DNA from: Octopus sinensis
Lineage: Eukaryota
Length of the DNA: 64,000 nucleotides
Reading direction: 5' to 3'
Assembly: GCF_006345805.1 (NCBI RefSeq)
Contig: NC_043002.1
Span: 93,186,001 to 93,250,000 of the forward strand
Shown one piece after another: positions 52,584 through 64,000 of this stretch (position 1 is its first letter; every line of letters begins with the position of its first letter). The notes under the pieces are model-generated. The model worked only from the letters and a program-made list of their open reading frames with translations, ran no database searches and had not been told where the DNA came from. Both the position numbers and the translations under genes were made by a program.

Positions 52584-53028
52584 ATAAACTTGTGTGTGTG
52601 TTTGTATTTAAAAGTTGTTTTGCATTAATTAGCATTGGAAGTAGGGATCAAGAGGCCTCTTTAGACTTGTTGAGACCATGACCACCACTTTAGTGTTCGT
52701 GCCATGATAAAAATGTACCCAGTAGACTCTTCAAAATGGCTGAACACAGAAAAGGCATCCAGTGAAAGAAACTTCATCAAAAATTAAATATAAAAGTGAG
52801 ATGTATATTGATCCTTCTAAGAGAGCAGTAATTTTGAATGGAAACGAACTTGCATAACAGGACAATCCATTCGGATAATCTGGAGGAAAACCTCCACAAA
52901 AAACCCGGATTATGCAGCTATGCTCAAAGCATAAAAAAAAATGCCCTCTCTTCTTTCTATAAACACAAAGAAGTTAGTAAATCTCCGTCTACTCTCACCT
53001 TCCTTTTCAAATGGTACTTAATGAAATT

Positions 53029-53194
53029 GATGATTACATCGACCCCAGTGCGCAACTAGTACTTAATTTATCGACCCGGAAAGGATGAAAGGCAAAGTCG
53101 ACCTCGGCGGAATTTGAACTCAGAACGTAACGGGCAGACGAAATAGCACTAAGCATTTCGACCGGCGTGCTAACGTTTCTGCCAGCTCGTCGCC
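53029..53194 (-). mobile_element. Nin/Deu-like SINE
   Basis: Reverse complement of the 35344 family. More decayed antisense copies at about 12820-12960, 13300-13500 and 13525-13712. Confidence 0.85.
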
Positions 53195-53282
53195 TTTGAG
53201 GCCAACATTGCTTTTGTCATTTCTTGCGTGCTAGTCAAGTACAGAGGTCATGGATATTTGAGAGAGGGTTTGATATTGACTA

Positions 53283-53364
53283 CCCCGCCCTCCTTTAGTA
53301 TAAGTGCTTGCGCCTATATTAGAAACGATTGTTCCTTTTTATCCTTTGGAAAAAAGCCGGAAGT
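53283..53364. promoter_or_regulatory. Putative promoter motif cluster (GC box, ETS site)
   Basis: CCCCGCCC at 53283-53290, TATAAG at about 53299, CCGGAAGT at 53357-53364, in non-repeat sequence at the start of a CpG-richer zone. Confidence 0.35.
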
Positions 53365-54248
53365 CAAGATAAGGAAACACAAACATGTTTTAATTTTATA
53401 TTTTACTTTTTTGATTTCAATTAAAACAGCGTTTTCACAACTCAATTTTTGCGAGAACATTTATTCCTGATTCATCAGTATATATCTGTATGTGTATGCG
53501 TTAACAAAACACCAGCTTATTGGGCCACAAGTCCAACGCCATCCTGGAGAGTTAGATCTTTGTATATGTGTGTGTCAAGCACACATATATACAGAAGTAT
53601 ATATATCTGTACTTACACACACACACACACACATTAAGCAGGGGAAGTAACCGTACTTTGCACGTTTCACAAGCGTTTTATTTGTATTCACTTTCTCTTC
53701 TTCTCTTTCTCCCTCTCTTTATTCCTCTCTCTTTCTCCCTCTCTTTTTTCCTCTCTCTTTCTACCTCTCTTTTTTCCTTTCTGTCTCTCTTCCTCTCTTA
53801 TCCTTTTCTTTCAATGTTTTCCTTCACACTTTTTCCTCTCTTCACTTTCCCAATCTTCTTTCATCTCTTAATATTTCGAATTTCGTTTTTGTCTCCTTAG
53901 AACACAACATTTCGAATTTTTTTCCGATAAATTTTTCATCGTTTAATTATTTCATTCCTTTTCCCGTTTCTGTTTTCGCATGATTCTTTCTACTTGTTTT
54001 AAATTCATTTCATTTCGTAGTTCTAAATCATTGTCACTAAAAGGTGAAGGAAGTACTTCACCTTCCCCAGGGTCAAACATTCTCTATCAACCATATAGAT
54101 TGGCGTTTTTAACCGCTCTTTCTTCTTCCGCCTCTACCTGTCTATTTATCTCTCTATCTCTCGCCTAATCTACCTTCACACATTTATTCTTCCTGTCTGT
54201 CTCTCTCTCTCCTCTCTTAATCTACCCTCACATTCTCAATTTCATACT

Positions 54249-54318
54249 CTCACTCTCTCTTGTCCTATTCATCTACCCTCACACTCACTCTCTCTTGTCC
54301 CATTCATCTACCCTCACA
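54249..54318. repeat. 35-bp tandem duplication in a pyrimidine tract
   Basis: ctcactctctcttgtccYattcatctaccctcaca x2, one mismatch. The atctaccYtcaca motif occurs four times in 54168-54318. Confidence 0.9.
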
Positions 54319-54405
54319 CTCTCTCTCTCTCTTTAACTCTCACCCTCCCGTACCCTCTCTCTCTCTAAGACAGTAGATCTCGATGCGTGAGTGAGGAGTG
54401 AGAGT

Positions 54406-54472
54406 ATGAGTCTGAAACCAACAGACATGGACCTTCCAATTGATGAAATAGTACTCTACAGAGATGAACACG
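54406..54472 (+). CDS. Candidate first coding exon of an unidentified gene
   Basis: ATG at 54406 gives MSLKPTDMDLPIDEIVLYRDEH plus G, then a strong donor G|gtaagg (phase 1). It follows a long pyrimidine tract in a CpG-richer region. No downstream exon was found in the window. Confidence 0.45.
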
Positions 54473-57400
54473 GTAAGGCATTAATACAATTACATCAAGC
54501 GTCAAACTTAACCATTCCTATCACACAATCTACCTTTGCAGTCATCTCCACACATTTTATTTACCATATATTTGTCTTCATCTATCTCTAAACTTATTCC
54601 GAACTCAATATTTTTACCGTTATTCTTCAGATTCATTCACGTTTGTTAATGATAAACATAATAACAAGAATAAAATAATAATAATAACAACGATAATTTC
54701 TTTTTTCAAATGAAATACTTGTCCGATACTCACTTAAAATGTCCTGTAGATGACCTTTACGTACGTACATACATACATACATACATATATGTATATATAT
54801 AAAATTTCTGTTGATTCACCAAGCAACAGAACTCAATACATAAATGTAGAGTATCATATGTATATTTTTACATATAAACGTGTGTGTATATATAAATGTA
54901 TATGTGTGTATAGATATATGTATATATACATGCATATATATATATATATATATATATACATGCATATATATATATGTATATATACATGCATATATATATT
55001 TGTATATGTGTGTGTGTGTATACATACGTGTGTATCAGTGTGATTCTTATTGTTGCTTTGATTCCTCAGTATTATATGAATACATTTCTTCCATCTACCC
55101 GTAATATTTCAATATTGCTGCACCTCGCCCACGCATTATAGCGTGTAATGCATATATATATGTGTATATATATATATAACTACGAATTGGTCCCCTCCCC
55201 ACTTGACTTGGTTTCCTCATGACTTTCTGATATTGCACATTTATTTAAAGGAATTTTTCCTGAGATGCCTTTTTGAGAGTGCAGATTACAGTGAAGTTGA
55301 TGTAGTCTAGGGAAAGAATTTGAAGGTGTTTCGGATCACCTCGCCTCTCATCTTTGATATTGCCAATTTGCATAACTTTAGCATTTTTTCACTTGTTTCA
55401 AATTTACATGTTTTGAAATATCAATATTACGCAATCTACGTCCTCGAAAACGTATTCCTTCAAAATGTGCCCATTTAAGCAATAGTCGAAATGTGGGGGA
55501 GAAAGATCCTAAACTCTTTAAAAATGAAATTTAATGGTAATCAAAATCATCGTAACCTATAACCCTTCCCCCAAACTCCCATTTCTCTGCAAAATTTCAT
55601 TTGCAAAAACCAAAAGAAAAGCATGCATTTTTCAGAAAGATATGAGGAAACAAAGTCGATGTGGTACCAAAATGTAGTATAGCATGATAGAGATATAACG
55701 AGGTGTTTGGATTGACTTCGTCGCTACTCCGAGTTTCACGTACCACAACGTGTGATCCTTCAGGCTCCCAACAAATAAACTCTACCACACATACATATAA
55801 ATATATATATATATATATAATGTGTTGCATACATTTCAGCAGCAACACGTTTTTCTTCTCATTACACCCACCCATACCACTCCAATCTGTAGCCCATTTC
55901 ATGGTTAAAATTAGTCCCGATTTCTCGTCCCACAATATTTCAAATTTTCTTTCTGTTAGCATTGTGTGTCTCCTTTTAATGAACTCAAAAACATACATAG
56001 CCAAGGTTTAAAAATTCTACTTTGTTTTATAACAATAGTAGAGCAACACCGATCCATATATATATATGTGTGTGTGATCTGTACGGTATAAGTCATGCCG
56101 TTAATAAAGGAATATATGTGAAAATATCATAAACGTAATTGACCGCTTTAAAAAAAATAATCCCAGAAAATGAAACCGGAATACATAGAAATCCTCATAT
56201 TCCTAAACTCTATGAAACGTGTCAATATAATATAATAATAGTCTATATATTTATTTCTCTTATATTATTTACAATTTTCAACAGAGTCTGAAATTATAGC
56301 TATAATTATTTATACACTCAGTGCCAGAAATCTTCTATACTCATTCAACATGTCTCTATTTCTATAGATTTATTTCGTTTGTGGCTCTTGTTATTGTTTG
56401 GCCCTAGATCAAACCTGAAATGAGAAATGATCAAACACTTTTTCCGCTATGAGCATCCCTTCTTTATATATATACCCGGGGTTTACCAGTATCCAATGTT
56501 TACGTCTTTTATTTAACATAGTATGGTGTGATTTGAGGTAGATTCGGCTGCAATTTGTAGCGAATTGAGCGACTTTGTAGAGGCACTGGCCACCTGATTT
56601 TCTTTGTGTGTGTTTACGATTATATTCATCCATGTTTTGTTGATTAAAATTGTTTGATTCACTATCTCTGTTTTCTTTTTCGTGAGAGAATGATGGAGTC
56701 AGGTTATTATGTTCGTCTTACTTTGTGTCGTCGTGTTCCTCCCTAAACGTTGCAGTCTGATAATAGACACACTAATAATAAACCAGGGCGGTGCCCACAT
56801 GGTCGCTCAATATATACTAGAAATAGCCGCCAAATTCTCTTCAAATCACATTCTATCACCTAGATGCAAAAAAAAAAAAGAAAAAAAAGAAAAGAAAAAG
56901 ACGGGGTGATCAAAATTGGAATGTTTTTTGATCTTAGACCAGTTTGATCGTGGCTGACCTTGGGCTAAACAGCAATATTTAAAAGGCGATCTTTAAAACA
57001 AGCAACAAGAAGCAACTATATGTGACCGAGAGTAATTTCACGTGTTTATTTGCCGGTTAATTTCACAAGTTTCACGTTAGTCACTGTGGTTGTTGATGTG
57101 GTCATTTTATAGACAAAACAAATGAATTTATTACAAAAATAACATCTTATGCCATATATTTTACTATAAATGAAGCAAATAGTTTACACCTTAAACCCAA
57201 GATCAGTTTGTAAATAGCTGGGGGGAAAGACACCGTTTTTGCATCGCTTCCTTGTAAGTTGTCTTTGTAGTTGGCATTAATTAAATGCCAAGTAGAAAAT
57301 ACAATCTAGTAGTCTTACTATGGCTTAAATTTTTTTTTTTATTATCAAGATGGGTTAATTCTAAACGCCTTCTCATCGTCTTTCCTTGCTGACTTCAAAG

Positions 57401-59540
57401 AAATGGTTTAAAAAGGCTGACAGTGTGGAAATATTTTAATCTATTTGGTATTGAAGTTCCAGTGCAAACAGTAAATATTATCGAAAGTATTTGGTCTTTC
57501 GTTAATTCGAGTAAAAGACCAACTTTTTGAAGGTTACAAGACGTTTATAGACAGGCGAGTGGTTATTTCTGCTGCCATCTCACCTGTCTGCGCTGCGGTC
57601 TCTCGGCCAACTAGAAATAGTAGCCAGATTCCTTCAGAATCACACCGTACACTCTTTGTAAAGAATAGTATATTGGATGAATAATGTGAGAGTAGTCGCA
57701 ATGTGCGTGGGCTAAACGTGGTGGACTCGGTGGGAACATCTTTGAGCATTAGGCCTGTTCGATGAGGGTTGGCATGTCTCGAATGAACAACTGTTTACGC
57801 ATTTCCTTATACTATTTGTTAAAGTATTGATAAATAACAGTTTATCAATTCTAATTGATACTTGTACCTAATGAACTCGACTCTCTATCATAGCTATACT
57901 CTCTCTTTCTCTCTCTCCCTCTCAATTAATTTGGCCTGTTGAGATCACCTAATTACTACTCCCTCACTTTAGAGAAAAATAAATGCATCGTTAACTCCTT
58001 TCTATTTTCTCCGCTACACCTTTCTACAAAGGTGAAAATTGTCGTCAATTTTCTGTTATTTAACGGTGATTTAAGGTAGATTGTTTTCCGCAAAGATTAG
58101 AAATTCGTCGACTATTTTTTTCAGTATTCGGCTTCTTTATTTGTTTGTTTCGTCTGTATGTCCTTCTTCAGAGGACAACCACGAGCCATCGACACCTTTT
58201 GGAGATGAGACTAAACAGTAGCACAGGGTTTTGGGGCAGTTACAAATATAATTAAAATGTTCTGGTGTTCTTGATTGTCCGGTTTTAAATTTTGACTAAG
58301 CTTTGGTTGTTCCAAACGTAATGAAAAAGTATTGTTTTCTCTCCTAATTTTTAATCGTAGATTTTTTTTTTGTCATGCTGACACCCAAATTTAATCAGAA
58401 ACTGTTTTTTTAATTTTTGTAATAGATTCCAGCCTGTAAAAGTTAAACTCTTTTAACTTTTCTGACCTGGGGTTTGGGGTATGCAAAATTCCTGCTTTTC
58501 CTTAACCTCAATTATGTAGATGACACAAGAGGAAAAATTAAAATTAATTTTAAAAACAAAACACAGTTAATTTCACTTTTTCTATACTCGTATCAATCAA
58601 ATAACCTCTGTCATTAGATGAAGGTTATATATATATGAATTGTTGGCCGCTATAAGAAAGGAACTAAATGATGGTTGTATATTTTCAAAAATATTGTCGT
58701 ATGTTCTCAGTTTCAGTAAAGCCATCAGATACTTGATGCTGTGCGCAAAATGTATCTGTCGTTGCATCTCTTTTTTACCTCTATATTAAAATCGTTTAAG
58801 CCAAAATCGTAATCGAATTTTTGTTCCTCACTGATATTCTAAAATAATGTTTCTCTTGCTATCAGTAGTTATATGCATTTCCGATTGAGGCCGACAATCG
58901 ATAAGGTGGGTGACCTGAATTCCAACTGCTTCATCACTATTAGTCATTTTGATCTTCCACACTTTCACTTCCAAATACATAAAAAGCAACTTCTCTTTTG
59001 AACTGCTTTTGAAACTAAAGTTTGACAGCTCTTTGTATCTGCATACCTGTGTTCAGTTTTGGTTTTACTTACACACTGACAATTGTGATGATGGAGTTTT
59101 ACTTGATGGGGTAGCAGTGTCATCCAACAGCCATGCAATAGACGACGTACAGAACTTGTTAGGAAACGCAATGTTGGAGAAATAATCAGAATTTGAGAAG
59201 CTGATAACTGAACGAGCAGTTTAATATTGACTTAATGTTTATTTGATAAGGATCATTTGCATCCTTCAATGTCAACTTGATATTTAATCTCATACCACCT
59301 TCCACTTACTTTTAATAGCTAGAAATGAATTCCAATTCACTATATAAAAGAAACAATCTTGTATTTCTTTAACATATTGATTTCTTAGTAATAGCAACAA
59401 TATATTTTGTGTAGGGCTGGTGTTAAAGAGTTAAATATCCATGTTATTACTGGTATGTATTTTATCAACCACATGGATGTTGTCAATATATTCTGTAAAA
59501 TCATTTGTTGTGTGTTAGACACTGATTTGTTCTTTTTGCA

Positions 59541-60130
59541 TAAGGGTTGTCCTGAAAATAATGCAAAAGTAGAGATTTTTTTTATCAAGTGATATTTGTA
59601 ATTCAAACTGCACGGGCTGGTAGAGCGACTTTTCTGTATAAAAGATACTACTCGACTCAATCTCTATCACAAATGATGCACTTATTTGCTCCATCCTTGA
59701 ACCCAACTCTCAAATTTTCTTTGAAAAAATTCAAGTGTGCACTGTTGTATCCACTTCTTTACAGCTGCTTTCACCTTATCTCTGTCATCAAATCGTTCCA
59801 GCCAAAGACTGTCCTTCATTGAACTGAACTGATGAAAGTGGGAGAGCACCAGATTCAGATTATATGATGAATGGGGAACCACTGACCTACTCTATTTGCC
59901 ATTTGTGTGTGTTGTTGCCAATGTGTGTCATGGTGAATCCTGGTTTCTATTTTTTAAAACTTCTTCATCCATCTGTGCACATTGATCTTGCCAATTGTGT
60001 CATAAACATTCTGTAGCCTTCAGTGGAGGTTGGACAGCCCATACCCCTCCTTCGTCAAGAATTCAATGACGGTACATTGCTTTGCATGGAGCCTAACATT
60101 TGTTTGCAATGAAGGAAAATAGGAAGAAGA
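59541..60130 (-). mobile_element. Internally deleted mariner remnant
   Basis: Minus-strand fragments resemble a mariner N-terminus (..RRLQNVYDTIGKINVHRWMKKF) and C-terminus (VPHSSY..RFDDRDKVKAAVKKWI..FFQ). TIR-like end aagggttgtcctgaaaataatgc. Confidence 0.7.
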
Positions 60131-60145
60131 GTTACTCTACTCATA

Positions 60146-60310
60146 GGCGCAGGAGTGGCTGTGTGGTAAGTAGTTTGTTTACCAACCACATGGTTCTGGG
60201 TTCAGACCCACTGCATGGCACCTTGGGCAAGTGTCTTCCACTATAGCTTCGGGCTGACCAAAGCCTTGTGAGTGGATTTGGTAGACGGAAACTGAAAGAA
60301 GCCCGTCGTA

Positions 60311-60383
<73 letters not shown>

Positions 60384-60592
60384 ATATATATGTTTGTGTG
60401 TCTGTGTTTGTCCCCCCAACATCGCTTGACAACCGATGCTGGTGTGTTTACGTCCCTGTAACTTAGCGGTTTGGCAAAAGAGACTGATAGAATAAGTACT
60501 AGGCTTACAAAGAATAAGTCCTGGGGTCGATTTGCTTGACTAAAGGCAGTGCTCCAGCATGGCCACAGTCACATGACTGAAACAAGTAAAAC
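60146..60592 (+). mobile_element. tRNA-derived SINE with CORE-like segment and internal (AT)n
   Basis: GGCGCAGGAGTGGCTGTGTGG head, CCTTGGGCAAGTGTCTT segment, internal (AT)n, GACTGAAACAAGTAAA tail. Confidence 0.85.
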
Positions 60593-60829
60593 AGTACCAA
60601 TATATTCAATTTGAATGACCCATGTTAGTTACTAAAAGTTATGCTCACTTCTGCATTACTTTTTGGGATAATTCTCATAAAAATAAAAAAACAAAAAACT
60701 TTATCATTCACTCATCTTTTCTGTTCACTATTCTTGAGGCATCTCCTCTATAGGGTCCTATCAGAGGCAACTGTTTTTTAATTTTCCAACTGGGTTCCCA
60801 AGCATGACCAACTGAGACTATGGATATTA

Positions 60830-61170
60830 TCCAATCATCTTGTTCTTGGTCCCCCACCAATTGACTTGACTTAAAGAATCTGTCTTTCAATTGTTTCCTC
60901 TGACATTTTAATTACATCTGTAGTACTGGATATATAGCTTCTCCATGTGGAGAAATAATGGCTCAGCCTGGAGAGACTCCTTGATCTTCAAGCTACATAT
61001 CCTGTTGAGTAACGTTACTCCAGTGACCCTTCAGTGGTACACCATTTTGACCGCCTGTATTCATGATTGTACTTTTTTGGTCATTACCCAGCATTCATGA
61101 CCATAGGTGATGATAGGCATAAAGCATGAAGACCAAATTGAAGATGGTGAGTTTGGGTTTTTTATCAACT
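60830..61170 (-). mobile_element. RTE (Expander-like) LINE fragment
   Basis: Minus-strand TYGHECWVMT motif and following decayed RT C-terminal sequence. Confidence 0.55.
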
Positions 61171-62001
61171 TCACCTCTTTGTAAATAAATTGATTTAGTG
61201 TTAATTTCTGTTAATATAAACAGTAATTGTACTTTCACATGTCATTGTTATCTGTTAGGTATTCAGTACTTGAGGATACTGAGAGCACTGAAATATCACA
61301 AGGAAATTTGATTAAACTGATTGCTTGGTCTAGCAGGTAGCAATTACCTTTGAGTATGGAAAAATGAAAATGATGAACAGAAAACACACTTCCTGTACTC
61401 TTCAGAAAACTGTAGCACCTTTAGTGGACCACATTTCATGAGAATCTAATCGTGGTAGAAAATGTTCAAAAGAAAGCTACCAAATTGATTACAAAATTAA
61501 AAAGCCAGCTATGTAATGACATTTTTTAATGACTTATTCAGATGAAGAATGGTAATTCTCATCCTTTGAGATTTGTGGGAAGAAGTTATTTTCACACCAG
61601 ATACCTCGTCAAGATTGCTTAAAAGTATCTAAAGGGATCAAGGTGTTGAACTGAGTGGTAGATTAAATTAACCACCCATGGAATAGTCCATTTTGACAGA
61701 CTTCCATACAGTTTCGGTTTACCAAATTTCACTCAGTCAGCAAGGCTTTGGTTAACCTGAAGCTATGGTAGTATACTCTTGCCCAAGGTGTTGTGCTGTG
61801 GGACTGAACCTGAAATCATGTAGCTGGGGGATGTGGTTGAACTGCTATAGTTTGGTTAGATAAATGCTTGTAATAAAGGAGCATAGTATACAGTGAATAG
61901 GGTAAAACCTGGAGGCCAAGGTAACTAGTGATGGTTACCTTGACAGCTACATGTTCATCAGGAGTGTTGGAAGAATTTGATAAGTTCAGTTAGTGTTCAT
62001 G

Positions 62002-62359
62002 GTGGTTGGATGGAACCTACACTCGCCTCCTTATGAGAGCTCAAAATCTCTCGTGGAAGCGCCATCCAACCAAAATGCAAATATATGGGAAACTACCACC
62101 TGTGTCATCTCTTGTGAAAGGTAGGAGAGTCCAGTATGCTGGACATTGTTGTAGAGCTGAAAAAGAAGTAATTTCTACTCTTCTCCTCTGGAAGCCATCT
62201 ACTCGCAATACCAGACGGCGCACACTCTCCTACCCTGATGTAATCTCCAGGGATACAGGCATCAAGCAACAGGACCTCCATAATGCCATGTTGGACCGTG
62301 AAGTCTGGCGTAGCATGGTAAATTCCATTGTCTCGACCACGGTCGAACAATGATGATGA
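62002..62359 (+). mobile_element. 5'-truncated RTE-clade LINE with TSD
   Basis: Open 115-aa C-terminus (RRVQYAGHCCR..LLWKP..AMLDREVWR), (TGA)n tail, 11-bp TSD TAGTGTTCATG at 61991-62001 and 62360-62370. Confidence 0.88.
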
Positions 62360-62657
62360 TAGTGTTCATGTGAGAGTGGAAGATAAATGTTGTTTTGATT
62401 TATAGGCATATATATGTGTATACTCCCACACACTCCTGGATCTATGTATGTGTCTGTACTACTGTGCTTGTGTGTGCCTCCTATCAAAGAGGCTGTCTGT
62501 AAATGCATGGCAAGGCTGTATGGTTGAGAAGTTTACTTCACAATTTCAGAGTTTTGAATTTGACCTGACTGTATGGCACCTTGGGCAAGTATTTTCTATC
62601 AGAGCCATGGGTTGAGCAAAGCTTTGCAAGTGAAACTTGGTTGACAAATTGTGTAAA

Positions 62658-62893
62658 GGCAGTGAGCTGGCAGAAATATTAGCACACCAGGCGAAATGCT
62701 TAGCGGTATTTTGTTTGCCGCTATGTTCAGGGTTCAAATTCCACCGAGATCGACTTTGCCTTTCATCCTTTCGGGGGTTGATAAATCAAGTACCAGTTAC
62801 GCACTGGGGTCAATGTAATCGACTTAATCCCTTTGTCTGTCCTTGTTTGTCCCCTCTATGTTTAGCCCCTTGTGGGTAATAAAGAAATAAGAA
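62658..62893 (+). mobile_element. Nin/Deu-like SINE
   Basis: Same family as 35344. Confidence 0.85.
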
Positions 62894-64000
62894 ATTGTGT
62901 AAAACTTGATAGAGATTTTGTTGAAATGGATAATTTTATTATTTACTAGCTTGTAACCAAAGCAACACCCCCACTTTTCCACTTCCTCATTCTCAGACAA
63001 AGGGCAAATGTTCAAAATGTTAGTGTTCACTTTTTATAATAGTTTTATTTACTGAACTCTCTTATTAATGTATATATGTCCACTGGTCATAATTGTATTT
63101 ACATGACTAATAACATGAGGTATGTTTATGAAAAATTTTAGATTTTATTTAGTCATTATTCTGGCTTTATTAATAAGAATTTCCAATAGCACAGACTTTC
63201 TATTATAGAAGTGCACTGAAATTGACTCGTGAATGTAAGATGAGATGGTGTCTCGATGCACAGGTGTAAAATGTTACACTTCATAATTTTGAAGGTTTTG
63301 AACTGACATAGATTTGGAAGAGACTACAAATAAGACAGTTTGAAAGGTAATACCTGTAAACAAATGAATTGACATGAAAAGTTCAAAACATTTTCATGTT
63401 ATCAACACTAACGCATCTACAAATGTTAGTTTTAAGTATACATGCAATATACCTTAGATTCATAATCATGTTGTCCTCTAAATATCAAGGTCATTGTATG
63501 TCTCACTATGTGTCTGTAATTTGGCAACAAGCTCTTGGTAAAGTTCATTAAAAGCATCAGATCATACCCCCACTCCCATATCATCATCATCATCGTTTAG
63601 TGTCCGCTTTCCATGCTGACATGGGTTGGACGGTGCAACTGGGGTCTGGGAAGCCAGAAGGCTGCACCAGGCCCAGTCTGATCTGGCAATGTTTCTACGG
63701 CTGGATGCCCTTCCTAACGCCAACCACTCCATGAGTGTAGTGGGTGCTTTTTACGTGCCACCTGCACAGGTGCCATATAGATTCATTAATTTCATACAGA
63801 CAATTTCTAAAAGTTAACTTTATAGTCATCAATAATTAGCCTACACAGAAAACAAAATTTAAAGCTCTCAAAAATTTGATGTTGCTTTTCTAATGTTTTT
63901 TTTTTTCATATTAATGGGATTTGAACAGTTTTACAAATAATAACGTTTTCAAGAATTGTTGGAGTAACCAACTTGATGGTTTACTATATCTAATTCAGTT

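Noticed and set aside
55597-56004. 135-aa minus-strand ORF
   Set aside because: Runs through a (TA)n tract and a repeat-like segment, with no recognisable domain or splice context.
58148-58171. Minus-strand CUGAAGA..GAAAC
   Set aside because: The 13 nt between the motifs cannot form stem II.
1-64000. CRISPR array or prokaryotic operon
   Set aside because: No regularly spaced direct repeats with unique spacers, and the DNA is intron-containing and eukaryotic.

Overview
AT-rich animal genomic DNA. The SINE/LINE/MITE repertoire looks like that of Octopus or another coleoid cephalopod; this is recognised from memory and was not searched. The left half holds the last six coding exons (+ strand, 2344-25974, 295 aa plus stop) of SMG6/EST1A, the NMD endonuclease, with all four PIN acidic motifs intact. 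An extra in-frame 72-nt paralogous exon (8849-8920) lies in its 13-kb intron. After the stop codon comes a repeat-poor putative long 3' UTR. At 31992-32088 there is a canonical type I hammerhead ribozyme inside a Penelope-like inverted-repeat structure. The 33-53 kb region is mostly SINEs, RTE LINE remnants, a mariner relic and MITEs. A CpG-richer region from about 53.2 kb has promoter motifs and a candidate first coding exon (54406-54472) of an unidentified gene. No CRISPR arrays, rRNA genes or bona fide tRNA genes were seen. Most ORFs in the supplied track are microsatellite or repeat artefacts. All alignments and RNA folds were done by eye, and repeat boundaries are approximate unless TSDs or TIRs are quoted.
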